A stretch of DNA of 64,000 nucleotides from Moorellales bacterium. GTDB taxonomy: Bacteria > Bacillota > DSM-521 > Neomoorellales > SLTJ01. Position numbers and translations under genes: made by a program. Under the pieces are notes generated by a model. It did not search any database, was not told the origin of the DNA, and saw nothing but the letters and a program-made list of their open reading frames with translations. The stretch's first letter is position 1, and the number at the start of each line of letters is the position of its first letter. Of this stretch, positions 1 to 8,801 are shown in pieces. The stretch is taken from contig JBNARC010000004.1 of the NCBI GenBank assembly GCA_049719955.1, positions 16,782-80,781 on the forward strand, in the 5' to 3' direction.

Positions 1-607
1 GAAGGTGATAGATCTTTGCCGGGTTCTAGCCCGCTACGTCGGCCCGCTTCGGCTGCATGTGGCCCACTTCACGGACATTCAAAAGGCCATCGTGCAATTT
101 TGCCCGGAGGAGCTCAGGGTTACCATCATGCGCCGAATGATGCTGCGGGTGGCGGCCCGAGTCGCCGAGGCTGAAGGCGCTATTGCCCTCATCACGGGGG
201 AGAGCCTGGGGCAGGTGGCCAGTCAGACCATGGAAAGCCTGGCGGTGATCGGCGCGGTCACGGATCGACCCATACTAAGACCCCTAATCGGCTTTGACAA
301 GGCGGAGATTGTGGAGCAGGCGCGGAAGCTGGGCACCTACGAAATTTCTATCCGGCCCTACGAGGATTGCTGCACCCTATTCGTTCCCGCGCATCCGGCC
401 ACCAAACCGAAGCCGGAGAGGGTTCAGGCCGCCGAGAGCCGGTTGGACGTAGAGGGCTTGGTGGAGGCCTGTCTGGCCCGAACCGAGATAATAGAAATAA
501 AGCCCTCTTTCTTGGAAAGGGAAGAAGGATTCCGGACGGGTGGGGGAGAAGTTGCAGGCCGGCAGGGGCCGCAGGGCTCTACTGAGGAAGGGGTAGAAGG
601 ATATTGA
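1..607 (+). CDS. thiI: tRNA 4-thiouridine synthase ThiI, C-terminal part (5' end lies outside the window)
   Basis: The reading frame is open to the window edge. Motifs 'ITGESLGQVASQT', 'PLIGFDKAEIV' and 'YEDCCTLFVP' are typical of the ThiI PP-loop region. Confidence 0.85.
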   Translation, partial: KVIDLCRVLARYVGPLRLHVAHFTDIQKAIVQFCPEELRVTIMRRMMLRVAARVAEAEGAIALITGESLGQVASQTMESLAVIGAVTDRPILRPLIGFDKAEIVEQARKLGTYEISIRPYEDCCTLFVPAHPATKPKPERVQAAESRLDVEGLVEACLARTEIIEIKPSFLEREEGFRTGGGEVAGRQGPQGSTEEGVEGY

Positions 608-2574
608 GCAGGAAATCAACTCCTCCCGGGGTAGACGACCGGTTGCTGAAACGGCGACTGGTGGAAAAGTGGCTGGAAACCTGTCGGCGAGGGGAGGTTA
701 ATCCTCGTTACGTCGGGAGGGCGGTTAGGCGCATATACGAAGAGGCCGGGCGGGTGTTCTTGGATATCCTTATCCGGGACCTGGAGGCAGTGCACATCCG
801 GGATCGGCATCTGGCCGCCGGCTGCCTGCTTGAGCTTCCTCCGGCTCCGGAGGTAAGGCTGGGCCTCAGGGAAGCGGTGGGTGATAGACGGAGGCATTTG
901 TGGGCTCGAGGAATCTGCCTGATCGCGCTTAGCGGCATGGGAGAGCCCATAGAAGGAATAATGCAACGCTACCCGGAGTTGTCCGAAGAGCTGCCGGCAG
1001 TAATGGCCCGCCAATATATCGATGCCCTCTGTGACGAGGAACTGAGCAACGGCCGCGGTTGGAACGACTTCCTACGTAATCCCGAGGAGGCCCAGGTAGA
1101 GGTAATCAACCTCCTGACCGACGTGGATGACGTCAAGGTGGTGGATTTTCTCTGGTGGGCTTCCGAGCAGGGATCGCCGCCGGTCAAGGAGGCGGCGCGA
1201 AGGGCGCTGGCGCGAATGCGGCTTTCGGGAGTAGACGTGGACCGAAACCGCCAGGCTCGGGAGCACGAGGTGTCGCCGCTGTTGGCGGTGAAGGAAGGCA
1301 ATGCCGCCATGCGGCAATGGCGTTTCGCTCGGGCCATCTTCTATCTTACCGGTGCCTTGCAAAAGCTTTCCCCTACGGATGAGCGTAGTTTTCCGGTTAG
1401 GCTGCAACTGGTCACCGCCCTGTTGCGGGACGGTCAGATTAAGGAAGCCTTGAAGCAGTGCGAGGAATTGGCCGTGGTGGCCGGGCCCGATCACTTTTAC
1501 GGTCGCAAGGCGGAGCAGCTCACCCGGGCCATAAGAGAAGTTTTGGCCTGTGGTCAGGGGGGGCAGGAGGCGGTGCCCCTGGATCCGGTGGAGGAAGCGG
1601 TACACCAGTTACTTGCGGGTTGCCGGGTGCCGTCGCGCTCCCTGGATCGGGCCCTGGTGATTTGGGACAATTTCCTGCGCTACACTTCCGACCCGGTGGG
1701 CCAAATAGACGACCCGCGGATTTGGGCGGCGGCGGTATTGGTATGCGCCCTCTTGTGGCTTCGGCCGAAAGCCCAGAAGCGCGAAGAGCTGAATCGGGTT
1801 ATAGCCGGTCTGCCGGCGGTAGAGGTAAGGCAGCGAGCGGCACTAATCTGGAACGCCCTGGGGCTCGGTGAGGACAGTCGCTGGTTGCGGCGGGAAATAG
1901 CTTATCTGGAATCCCTTAACCGTAACGGTGACCCGGACGAGGTAAGCCTTACCGTAGAGGAGTATTTGGCCGAGCTGGGCTGGGGCCGCTCCCCCAGTAC
2001 GGTGAGGCGCTATCGAGAAGGTTTGTCCCTTTTCCGGGAGTACTTGCTGGTCCAAGCCGATGTGGCTACTTTGGAGGAAATCACTCCCGAGCACCTGGTA
2101 GAGTTCCTCGCCTACTGGTACGTAGGAACCGAGGGCATCAAGCGTTCGGTGGCTAAGGCCAAGGCCCTGTTAAGCACCGTCCTCAGCTTCTGTCAATGGT
2201 TGGACAGGAGGAAGGGGACCGAGTTGGTGCCACCGTATTATCCCCTACACCAGCAGTTGAGACGGGACCTACCCCGGGCGCTTACCCTGGCGAGCCTGCT
2301 TCCCGGCTCCACCTTCGCCGGACCGCAGCGCTTCGAGCAGCAGGTCAGCGATTACTTCCGGGTGGAGAGCCTCGCCCAGCGTACCATGGCTGTGCAGGGC
2401 CTGCAGACCCGGCTCCAGTTGCGCGGAGTGGTGATACCGCCGGAGGGAAAGGAATTATTCCGGCCGGACGACATCCTTTACCTTACCCTGGGCAAGCGCA
2501 AGCGACGCTGGTATATCATCGATGCCGGGGCGGTCTTTCCTCCTTTGGCCGCCTCCTTTGTAGGCCGGGATTGA
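604..2574 (+). CDS. hypothetical helical-repeat protein with a tyrosine-recombinase SAM-like (core-binding) domain but no catalytic domain
   Basis: The TTG start overlaps the thiI stop (TTGA at 604-607), giving 656 aa. The N-terminal two-thirds is alpha-helical repeat-like. Around aa 450-540, 'VEEYLAELGWGRSPSTVRRYREGLSLFREYLL...ITPEHLVEFLAYW' resembles a phage-integrase N-terminal SAM-like domain. No R..HxxR..Y catalytic region follows. Confidence 0.6.
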   Translation: MSRKSTPPGVDDRLLKRRLVEKWLETCRRGEVNPRYVGRAVRRIYEEAGRVFLDILIRDLEAVHIRDRHLAAGCLLELPPAPEVRLGLREAVGDRRRHLWARGICLIALSGMGEPIEGIMQRYPELSEELPAVMARQYIDALCDEELSNGRGWNDFLRNPEEAQVEVINLLTDVDDVKVVDFLWWASEQGSPPVKEAARRALARMRLSGVDVDRNRQAREHEVSPLLAVKEGNAAMRQWRFARAIFYLTGALQKLSPTDERSFPVRLQLVTALLRDGQIKEALKQCEELAVVAGPDHFYGRKAEQLTRAIREVLACGQGGQEAVPLDPVEEAVHQLLAGCRVPSRSLDRALVIWDNFLRYTSDPVGQIDDPRIWAAAVLVCALLWLRPKAQKREELNRVIAGLPAVEVRQRAALIWNALGLGEDSRWLRREIAYLESLNRNGDPDEVSLTVEEYLAELGWGRSPSTVRRYREGLSLFREYLLVQADVATLEEITPEHLVEFLAYWYVGTEGIKRSVAKAKALLSTVLSFCQWLDRRKGTELVPPYYPLHQQLRRDLPRALTLASLLPGSTFAGPQRFEQQVSDYFRVESLAQRTMAVQGLQTRLQLRGVVIPPEGKELFRPDDILYLTLGKRKRRWYIIDAGAVFPPLAASFVGRD

Positions 2575-2594
2575 TCTTCGGGGGAAGATAAACG

Positions 2595-3113
2595 GTGGCC
2601 TGGGAACGATTGGGGCGTTGGTTACAGCCCGACCTTCAGGTGGAGCGCCTGGTGGAGGTGCCGCTGGAAAGTCTGTGGCGACGGGGGATTCGGGCCCTAA
2701 TCGTGGATCTGGATAATACGGTCACCTTTTGGAATAGCCCGGTGGTGCCCGAAGACGCCCGAGCATGGTTCCGGTCGGCTCGCGAACAGGGTTTTGGCCT
2801 TTGCCTAAGTTCCAATAATGTATACACTCGGGCCGCGGGTATTGCCCGGTCCCTGGGGGTGCCCGTGGTCTGTAGCGCCGGCAAGCCGCGTCGTCGCGCC
2901 TTCCGCCAGATGCTGGCCGTGCTGGGCAGCCGTCCGGAAGAGACGGCGGTAATAGGCGATCAGATCTTTACCGATGTCTTGGGCGGCAAGCGCCTGGGCC
3001 TTTTCACCGTCCTGGTACGGCCCCTGGGGCCGCAGGAATTTGTGGTCACCCGACTGCTGCGACGGCTGGAGCGTTTGGTGATGCGCTCCTGGCCGGAAAG
3101 AGGGTACGAGTAG
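2595..3113 (+). CDS. yqeG: YqeG-family HAD-IIIA phosphatase
   Basis: Motifs 'LIVDLDNTV', 'LSSNN', 'AGKPRRRAF' and 'VIGDQIFTDVLGG' match the family. The gene sits directly upstream of aroE, as in the Firmicute yqeG operon. Confidence 0.85.
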   Translation: MAWERLGRWLQPDLQVERLVEVPLESLWRRGIRALIVDLDNTVTFWNSPVVPEDARAWFRSAREQGFGLCLSSNNVYTRAAGIARSLGVPVVCSAGKPRRRAFRQMLAVLGSRPEETAVIGDQIFTDVLGGKRLGLFTVLVRPLGPQEFVVTRLLRRLERLVMRSWPERGYE

Positions 3114-4016
3114 TTGTCCGTGATTACCGGTCGGACCTTCGTATTGGGAATCATCGGTTGGCCGGTGGAGCACAGCGTTTCTCCGGCCATGCATAATGCC
3201 GCCCTGACCGCCCTGGGATTGGACGGGGTTTACGTGCCTTTTTCCGTGGCGCCACCGGACCTGGAAGCGGCCCTGAAGGGGCTTTGGGCCCTGGGAGTGC
3301 GGGGGGCAAACGTGACCGTTCCTCACAAGGAGGCGGTCATTCCTTTCTTAAGTCGTCTCAGTCCTGAAGCCAAAGCGATTGGAGCGGTGAACACCCTGGT
3401 TCGGGAAGACGGCGGCTGGACGGGGTATAACACCGACGGCGTCGGGTTCGTACGCTCTTTGGAAGAAGAATTAGGCCTGGCCGTAGGCGGTAGGCGGGCG
3501 CTGCTTCTGGGCGCGGGAGGAGCCGCGAGGGCGGTGGCCTTCGCTCTGGCCGGTGCCGGGGCCGGGGTGATCACCCTGGCTAACCGCAGCCGGGAGCGGG
3601 CCGAGGTGTTGGCTCGAGACCTCGCCCGGCAGGCGCAGGCGGAGGTCCATGTGCTGCCTCTGGAGCCGGAAGCCTTGGCCGGCGCTCTCGCGGAGAGTGA
3701 TCTCTTGATAAACTGCCTTCCGGTGGGCATGTACCCTCGGGTAGAGGAAATGCCCCCCGTGCCGGTGGAGAAGCTGTCTTCGAACCTGGTGGTTTGTGAC
3801 CTAATCTATAATCCTCGAAGCACGCGGTTGCTACAGGCAGCGCAGGCTCGGGGCTGCCGGACCCTGGACGGCCTGCCCATGCTGGTGGCTCAGGGGGCGG
3901 TGGCCTTCGAACTGTGGACGGGAAAGAGCGCGCCCCGAGAAACCATGCGCCTGGCGGCGGAGCAGGCCCTGGGCCGGGCCGGCGGTGGCGGGTTCCACGG
4001 CTCACCGGGACGGTAG
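3114..4016 (+). CDS. aroE: shikimate dehydrogenase
   Basis: Contains '[19 protein letters not shown]', '[11 protein letters not shown]', 'NTDGVGF' and the '[11 protein letters not shown]' Rossmann motif. Confidence 0.9.
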   Translation: MSVITGRTFVLGIIGWPVEHSVSPAMHNAALTALGLDGVYVPFSVAPPDLEAALKGLWALGVRGANVTVPHKEAVIPFLSRLSPEAKAIGAVNTLVREDGGWTGYNTDGVGFVRSLEEELGLAVGGRRALLLGAGGAARAVAFALAGAGAGVITLANRSRERAEVLARDLARQAQAEVHVLPLEPEALAGALAESDLLINCLPVGMYPRVEEMPPVPVEKLSSNLVVCDLIYNPRSTRLLQAAQARGCRTLDGLPMLVAQGAVAFELWTGKSAPRETMRLAAEQALGRAGGGGFHGSPGR

Positions 4017-4032
4017 ACAAGGGGGAGAAGTC

Positions 4033-5223
4033 ATGGGCGCCCTTCGCTTCTTAACCGCCGGCGAATCCCACGGTCCCCAACTCACCGTGATTGTGGAAGG
4101 GGTGCCGGCGGGGCTGCCGCTGGAGGCGGAGTACATAAACCGGTGGCTCTCCCGGCGCCAGCAGGGGTACGGCCGGGGCGGCCGGATGGCCATTGAGCAG
4201 GATCGGGCGGAGATTGTGGCCGGAGTGAGGGGCGGGCTCACCCTGGGGTCGCCGATCGGGCTGGTAGTGCGCAACCGGGACTGGGAGAACTGGCGCGAGG
4301 TTATGGCTCCCGGTCCCGAGGCCCGGTTGGACGAGAGGGTAATAACCCGGCCTCGCCCGGGTCACGCCGATCTGGCCGGAGCCATGAAGTACCGGCACTT
4401 GGACCTGCGGAACGTGCTGGAGCGGGCCAGCGCCCGGGAGACGGCCGCCCGGGTGGCGGCGGGAGCGGTGGCGGCGCGCCTGTTGGAAGCGGTGGGGATC
4501 GAGCTTCGGGCCCACGTGGTGCGGATCGGGCCGGTGAAGGCGAGCGCCCCGGTCGATCCAGAGACCCTTGGCCGCGTTTGGTCTTCTCCCGTGTTCTGCG
4601 CCGACCCGGAGGCGGAGAAAGCCGTGATGGCGGCCATCGACCGGGCCCGGGAGGAGGGCGACACCCTGGGCGGCGTCTTTGAAATCTTGGTCCTGGGTCT
4701 TCCTCCCGGTTTGGGCAGCTACGCCCACTGGGATCGCCGGCTGGACGGAAGGCTGGCTCAGGCCCTCATGAGCATACCGGGGATAAGAGGGGTGGAGATC
4801 GGGCTGGGGTTTGAGGCCGCCTCCCGGCGGGGCTCGGAAGTTCACGACCCCATTTTCTGGGAGGCCGGGCGCGGCTTTTACCGGGGCAGCAACCACGCCG
4901 GGGGCCTGGAGGGCGGGGTTACCAACGGCCAGCCCTTGGTGCTGCGGGCGGCCATGAAGCCCATTCCCACCCTGCGCAAGCCGTTGGTCAGCGTGGACCT
5001 GCGCGACCGGCAGCCCGTATTGGCCGCTTACGAGCGATCGGATGTTTGCGCCGTGCCTGCGGCCAGCGTGGTGGGCGAGGCCATGGTGGCCCTGGTGCTG
5101 GCGGACGCTTTGCTGGAGAAGGTGGGCGGGGACAGCCTGGAGGAAGTGAGGGCCAACTTGGAGAATTACCGCCACCATCTGGCGGCCTTCGGCGGGGTGG
5201 AGGAAGATTCTAGAGAGAAGTAA
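4033..5223 (+). CDS. aroC: chorismate synthase
   Basis: Begins '[17 protein letters not shown]...' at ATG 4033, preceded by GGGGGAG. The 16 upstream codons of the track ORF are judged non-coding. '[10 protein letters not shown]' is also present. Confidence 0.9.
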   Translation: MGALRFLTAGESHGPQLTVIVEGVPAGLPLEAEYINRWLSRRQQGYGRGGRMAIEQDRAEIVAGVRGGLTLGSPIGLVVRNRDWENWREVMAPGPEARLDERVITRPRPGHADLAGAMKYRHLDLRNVLERASARETAARVAAGAVAARLLEAVGIELRAHVVRIGPVKASAPVDPETLGRVWSSPVFCADPEAEKAVMAAIDRAREEGDTLGGVFEILVLGLPPGLGSYAHWDRRLDGRLAQALMSIPGIRGVEIGLGFEAASRRGSEVHDPIFWEAGRGFYRGSNHAGGLEGGVTNGQPLVLRAAMKPIPTLRKPLVSVDLRDRQPVLAAYERSDVCAVPAASVVGEAMVALVLADALLEKVGGDSLEEVRANLENYRHHLAAFGGVEEDSREK

Positions 5224-5242
5224 TATTGTACTCATCGGCTTC

Positions 5243-5764
5243 ATGGGCGTGGGCAAGACCGCGGTGGGCAGGCGCCTGGCCGCGGTTCTTAATAAGCGCT
5301 TCGTCGATACCGATCTAGAAGTGGAGCGGGCTACGGGCCGGAGCATTCCCGAACTTTTCGCCCGTTACGGGGAGCCCCGGTTTAGGGAGGAAGAGGCGCG
5401 AGTGGTGGCCGAGGTGTGCCGGGGCCGGAATCAGGTCATCGCCACCGGCGGCGGGGCGGTGCTGCGGCCGGAAAACGCCGCCGTCCTGCGGAGTTCGGGC
5501 GTGGTGATCTGGCTCGAGGCGGCGCCGGAGGTAATATACCGTCGGGTGGGCAAGGGGAGCGGTCGGCCGCTTTTGGCCTCGGGGTCCGCCCGGGAGCGGA
5601 TCCGGGAGCTGCTGGCGGCACGCGAGCCTTACTACCGGGCGTTGGCCCACTTCCGCGTGGATACCTCCGGCCGCTCGGTGGAGGAAGTGGTGGCGGAGAT
5701 TCTGGCGCGGCTGAAGACCTTGAAAGGGGAGCCGGCTTCGCTTGGGGAGGGGTGGGGTCGGTGA
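5243..5764 (+). CDS. aroK: shikimate kinase
   Basis: Contains the 'GFMGVGKTAVGRRLA' P-loop and 'ATGGGAV'. The conserved N-terminus 'NIVLIGF' lies upstream of ATG 5243 with only ATT (5225) as an in-frame candidate, so the true start is uncertain. Confidence 0.85.
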   Translation: MGVGKTAVGRRLAAVLNKRFVDTDLEVERATGRSIPELFARYGEPRFREEEARVVAEVCRGRNQVIATGGGAVLRPENAAVLRSSGVVIWLEAAPEVIYRRVGKGSGRPLLASGSARERIRELLAAREPYYRALAHFRVDTSGRSVEEVVAEILARLKTLKGEPASLGEGWGR

Positions 5765-6975
5765 GGCGGGAGCTGTGGGTGGAACTGGGGCCGCGGCGCT
5801 ATCCCATCTATATCGGTCGGGGATTGCTGGACGGGCTCGCCCGGCACCTGGATTTTTCTCCGGCCTCTTCGGCGCTTCTGGCCGTCTCCAACCCCACGGC
5901 AAGAGCCCTTTACGGGCCGCGATTAGAGGCCGGGTTGACGACCGGCGGCTGGCGCTTCGGCTGGGCCCTGGTGCCCGATTCCGAAGAGGCCAAGAGCCTG
6001 TCCGTTCTGGCCGACCTTTACCAGCAGGCCCTGGCCCTGGAGCTGGACCGGCGCTCGGCGGTGCTGGCCCTGGGAGGAGGCGTGGTGGGGGACGTAGGGG
6101 GTTTCTTGGCCGCTACCTACCTGCGGGGAATTGCCTACGTACAGATTCCCACCACCCTGCTGGCCCAGGTGGATTCTTCGGTGGGGGGTAAGGTGGCGGT
6201 AAACCTTCCCCAGGGAAAGAACTTGGTGGGCGCCTTTTACCAGCCACGCCTGGTTGTGGCCGACCTGGACACCCTGGCCACCCTGCCGGCGCGGGAGTGG
6301 CGCTGCGGGCTGGCGGAAGTGGTGAAGTACGGGGTTATAGGCGACCCGGAACTTTTCGCGCTGCTGGAAGAAAAAGCGGAACTGCTCGCCCCCTACACCG
6401 GCGCTACCGGAGAGGCACGGCCGACAGGCGAGGGCCGGGGGCGCAGCGGCGACCACGCCCGGAAAACGCTTGCCGCCGAAGATCCCGCCTCGGTCACCGG
6501 CGGCCTTTCGGAGGAGGCGGCCGGGCTACTGGAGGAGATCGTCTGGCGCTGCTGTCGAATTAAGGCGGAAGTGGTGGCCCGGGACGAGCGGGAGGAAGAG
6601 GGGCACCGGATGATCCTCAATTTCGGCCACACCGTGGGCCACGCCCTGGAGGCGCTGACCGGTTACCGGGACTGGCGCCACGGCGAGGCGGTGGCCGTAG
6701 GCATGGTGGCGGCCGGCCGGCTGGCCGTGCGTCTGGGCCTCTGGACGGCGGCGGAGGCGGAGCGGCTGGAAGCCCTCCTGCGGGCGTTCGGCCTGCCCGT
6801 GCGCCTGCCGCCGGGGCCGGAGCCCGAGACCATCGTGGCCGCCATGTACCGGGACAAGAAGGTGGTGGGCGGCAGCCTCACCCTGGTCCTGCCGCGCCGC
6901 CTGGGCGAGGTGGAGGTAGTGCGGGGGGTGCCGGAGGAGCAGGTGCTGGCGGCGCTGCGGGAGACCGGCTACTGA
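5761..6975 (+). CDS. aroB: 3-dehydroquinate synthase (with an internal low-complexity insertion)
   Basis: GTG 5761 overlaps the aroK stop (GTGA). Contains 'GGGVVGDVGGFLAATYLRGIAYVQIPTTLLAQVDSSVGGKVAVN' and 'LNFGHTVGHALE'. The first 115 codons of the track ORF (5416-5760) lie in another frame of aroK and are rejected. Confidence 0.9.
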   Translation: MRRELWVELGPRRYPIYIGRGLLDGLARHLDFSPASSALLAVSNPTARALYGPRLEAGLTTGGWRFGWALVPDSEEAKSLSVLADLYQQALALELDRRSAVLALGGGVVGDVGGFLAATYLRGIAYVQIPTTLLAQVDSSVGGKVAVNLPQGKNLVGAFYQPRLVVADLDTLATLPAREWRCGLAEVVKYGVIGDPELFALLEEKAELLAPYTGATGEARPTGEGRGRSGDHARKTLAAEDPASVTGGLSEEAAGLLEEIVWRCCRIKAEVVARDEREEEGHRMILNFGHTVGHALEALTGYRDWRHGEAVAVGMVAAGRLAVRLGLWTAAEAERLEALLRAFGLPVRLPPGPEPETIVAAMYRDKKVVGGSLTLVLPRRLGEVEVVRGVPEEQVLAALRETGY

Positions 6976-7078
6976 TGCCGCCGGCGCGGGCGTAATCAAT
7001 CGGTGAGGCGCTGCGGAAGGGCCGATCTGGGCTGGGGTACTCCCCGGGAGGCGGAGTGACTATCTTCAGGGAGCCGGG

Positions 7079-8782
7079 GTGAGGGTGGTGCGTAAGCGTC
7101 TGGGCGAACTCTTATTGGAGGCCGGTCTAATAACCAGCGAGCAGTTGGATAAGGCCCTGGCGGAGCAGAAGCGTACGGGCGAGCGGTTGGGCAAGGTGTT
7201 GATCCGCCAGGGCCTGGTTAAGGAACAGGACATCATCAATGTGCTCGAGTTCCAGTTGGGCATACCCCAAGTGCGGTTGGCTCCCGGCACCCTCGACCGG
7301 GAATTGGCCCGCATCCTGCCGGAACCGCTGGCCCGGCGGTACCAGGCGGTACCGGTGCGGTGGGAAGGCGGCCGGCTGGTAGTAGCCATGGTGGATCCCC
7401 TAAACGTGACCGCGGTCGACGACTTGAGGCTCAGGACCGGCCGAGAGATCCTACCGGCCATCGCTCCCGAAGCGGACATAGAGCGGGCCTTGGCCGAGCT
7501 CTACGGCCAGCCTCTATCCCTGGAAGAGTTGGCTACGGTAGAGGAGGGTGAGGGCGCGCGAGCGCTGCAGGCGGAAGTTTTTGACCTGGATCGACCGGCA
7601 GCCGCCGCTGGGGCCGAGGCCCCGGTGGTGCGGCTGGTGAACGGCCTGCTCCAGCAGGCCCTGCGGGAGCGGGCCAGCGACGTGCACCTGGAGCCGCAGG
7701 CGGAAGCAATCAGAGTCCGCTACCGGGTGGACGGTACCCTGCGGCCGGTCATGACCCTGCCTAAGACCCACCACGCCCCCTTGGTTTCGCGAATAAAGGT
7801 CATGGCGGGCATGGACATCGCCGAAAAGAGGCTTCCCCAAGACGGTCGGGTGCAGATCCGGGTGGCGGGCCGGCAGGTAGACCTCAGGGTGTCCACCCTT
7901 CCCACCATTTTCGGGGAAAAAGTGGTGATTCGCCTTCTCGACCGCACCTCCGCCTATCTGGCGTTGGACGAGCTGGGCTTTGGGCCCAAGGCGCTGTCCC
8001 GGTACCGGGAGTTGGTCCGCCGCAGTTACGGCATGATTCTGGTTACCGGCCCGACGGGCAGCGGTAAGACCACCACCCTATACGCTACCTTGAGGGAAAT
8101 CAACACCCCGGAGAAGAACATCATCACCATAGAAGACCCGGTAGAGTACGTGCTGGAGGGCATTAACCAGATCCGGGTCAACCCCAAAGCCGGGCTTACC
8201 TTTGCTTCCGGGCTGCGCTCCATCCTGCGCCAGGACCCGGACGTGATCATGGTGGGGGAGATTCGCGACCGCGAAACGGCGGACATCGCCATCCGCTCCG
8301 CTAATACCGGGCACCTGGTGCTCAGCACCATGCACACCAACGACGCCGCCGGGGCGGTCACCCGCCTGCTCGACATGGGAATTGAACCGTTCCTGGTGGC
8401 CTCCTCGGTGATCGGGGTGGTGGCCCAGAGGCTGGTGCGCACCTTATGCCGCCACTGCCGGCGGCCTTACGAGGTACCGGCGGAGGCGGAAGAGCGGCTG
8501 CTCCTGGGCGAACCTCCGCACACGCCTCTGACTCTATATCGGGCCGTAGGTTGCCCGGAGTGCGGGGGGACGGGTTATCGTGGCCGCACCGCCATCCTCG
8601 AGGTCATGCCCATGACCGGTGCTTTGCGGCGCCTGGTTTTGGCGCGCGCTTCCAGCGAGGAAATCGCCGCCCAGGCCGTGGCCGAAGGCATGGTAACCTT
8701 ATGGCGGGACGGGCTGGAGAAGGCCCGCCAGGGTCTGACCACCCTGGAGGAGGTAGTGCGGGTGGCGTACGCCGGCGAATGA
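7079..8782 (+). CDS. pilB: type IV pilus assembly ATPase PilB (GspE family) with an N-terminal MshEN c-di-GMP-binding domain
   Basis: Contains Walker A 'GPTGSGKTTTLYA', 'RQDPDVIMVGEIRD' and the C-terminal tetracysteine 'CRHC...CPECGG'. The N-terminus carries a tandem 24-residue RLGxxLLxxGLI....L...L..Q motif. Confidence 0.92.
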   Translation: MRVVRKRLGELLLEAGLITSEQLDKALAEQKRTGERLGKVLIRQGLVKEQDIINVLEFQLGIPQVRLAPGTLDRELARILPEPLARRYQAVPVRWEGGRLVVAMVDPLNVTAVDDLRLRTGREILPAIAPEADIERALAELYGQPLSLEELATVEEGEGARALQAEVFDLDRPAAAAGAEAPVVRLVNGLLQQALRERASDVHLEPQAEAIRVRYRVDGTLRPVMTLPKTHHAPLVSRIKVMAGMDIAEKRLPQDGRVQIRVAGRQVDLRVSTLPTIFGEKVVIRLLDRTSAYLALDELGFGPKALSRYRELVRRSYGMILVTGPTGSGKTTTLYATLREINTPEKNIITIEDPVEYVLEGINQIRVNPKAGLTFASGLRSILRQDPDVIMVGEIRDRETADIAIRSANTGHLVLSTMHTNDAAGAVTRLLDMGIEPFLVASSVIGVVAQRLVRTLCRHCRRPYEVPAEAEERLLLGEPPHTPLTLYRAVGCPECGGTGYRGRTAILEVMPMTGALRRLVLARASSEEIAAQAVAEGMVTLWRDGLEKARQGLTTLEEVVRVAYAGE

Positions 8783-8801
8783 GCAAGCGGGGGGAGGGAA
8801 G

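Noticed and set aside
604-2574. Whether the integrase-like domain marks a mobile element or prophage boundary.
   Set aside because: There is no catalytic recombinase domain, no flanking repeats or tRNA, and no phage or transposon genes. The gene is translationally coupled to thiI.
4051-5346. A 431-aa ORF antisense to aroC. Similar long antisense or alternate-frame ORFs are also rejected: 8604-9704 (antisense to pilT), 21253-22158 (antisense to the GGDEF gene), 22785-23585 and 23747-24610 (antisense to tldD/pmbA), 44355-45245 (alternate frame of recN), 59995-60681 (antisense to spoIIAB/sigF), and 13310-13939, among others.
   Set aside because: Their composition is Arg/Pro/Gly/His-rich with no recognisable motifs. 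Each overlaps a sense-strand gene that has clear family signatures. Long spurious ORFs are expected in GC-rich DNA because stop codons are rare.
5416-5760. N-terminal extensions of track ORFs. These are 5416-5760 (aroB), 3985-4032 (aroC), 35947-36228 (xseA), 41707-41850 (tlyA), 31654-31797 (spoIIIAF), 51913-52035 (nudix) and 18800-18880 (pilN).
   Set aside because: The extended parts are low-complexity, overlap the preceding gene in another frame, and precede an internal start. That internal start has a good Shine-Dalgarno sequence or stop-start overlap and aligns with the family N-terminus.
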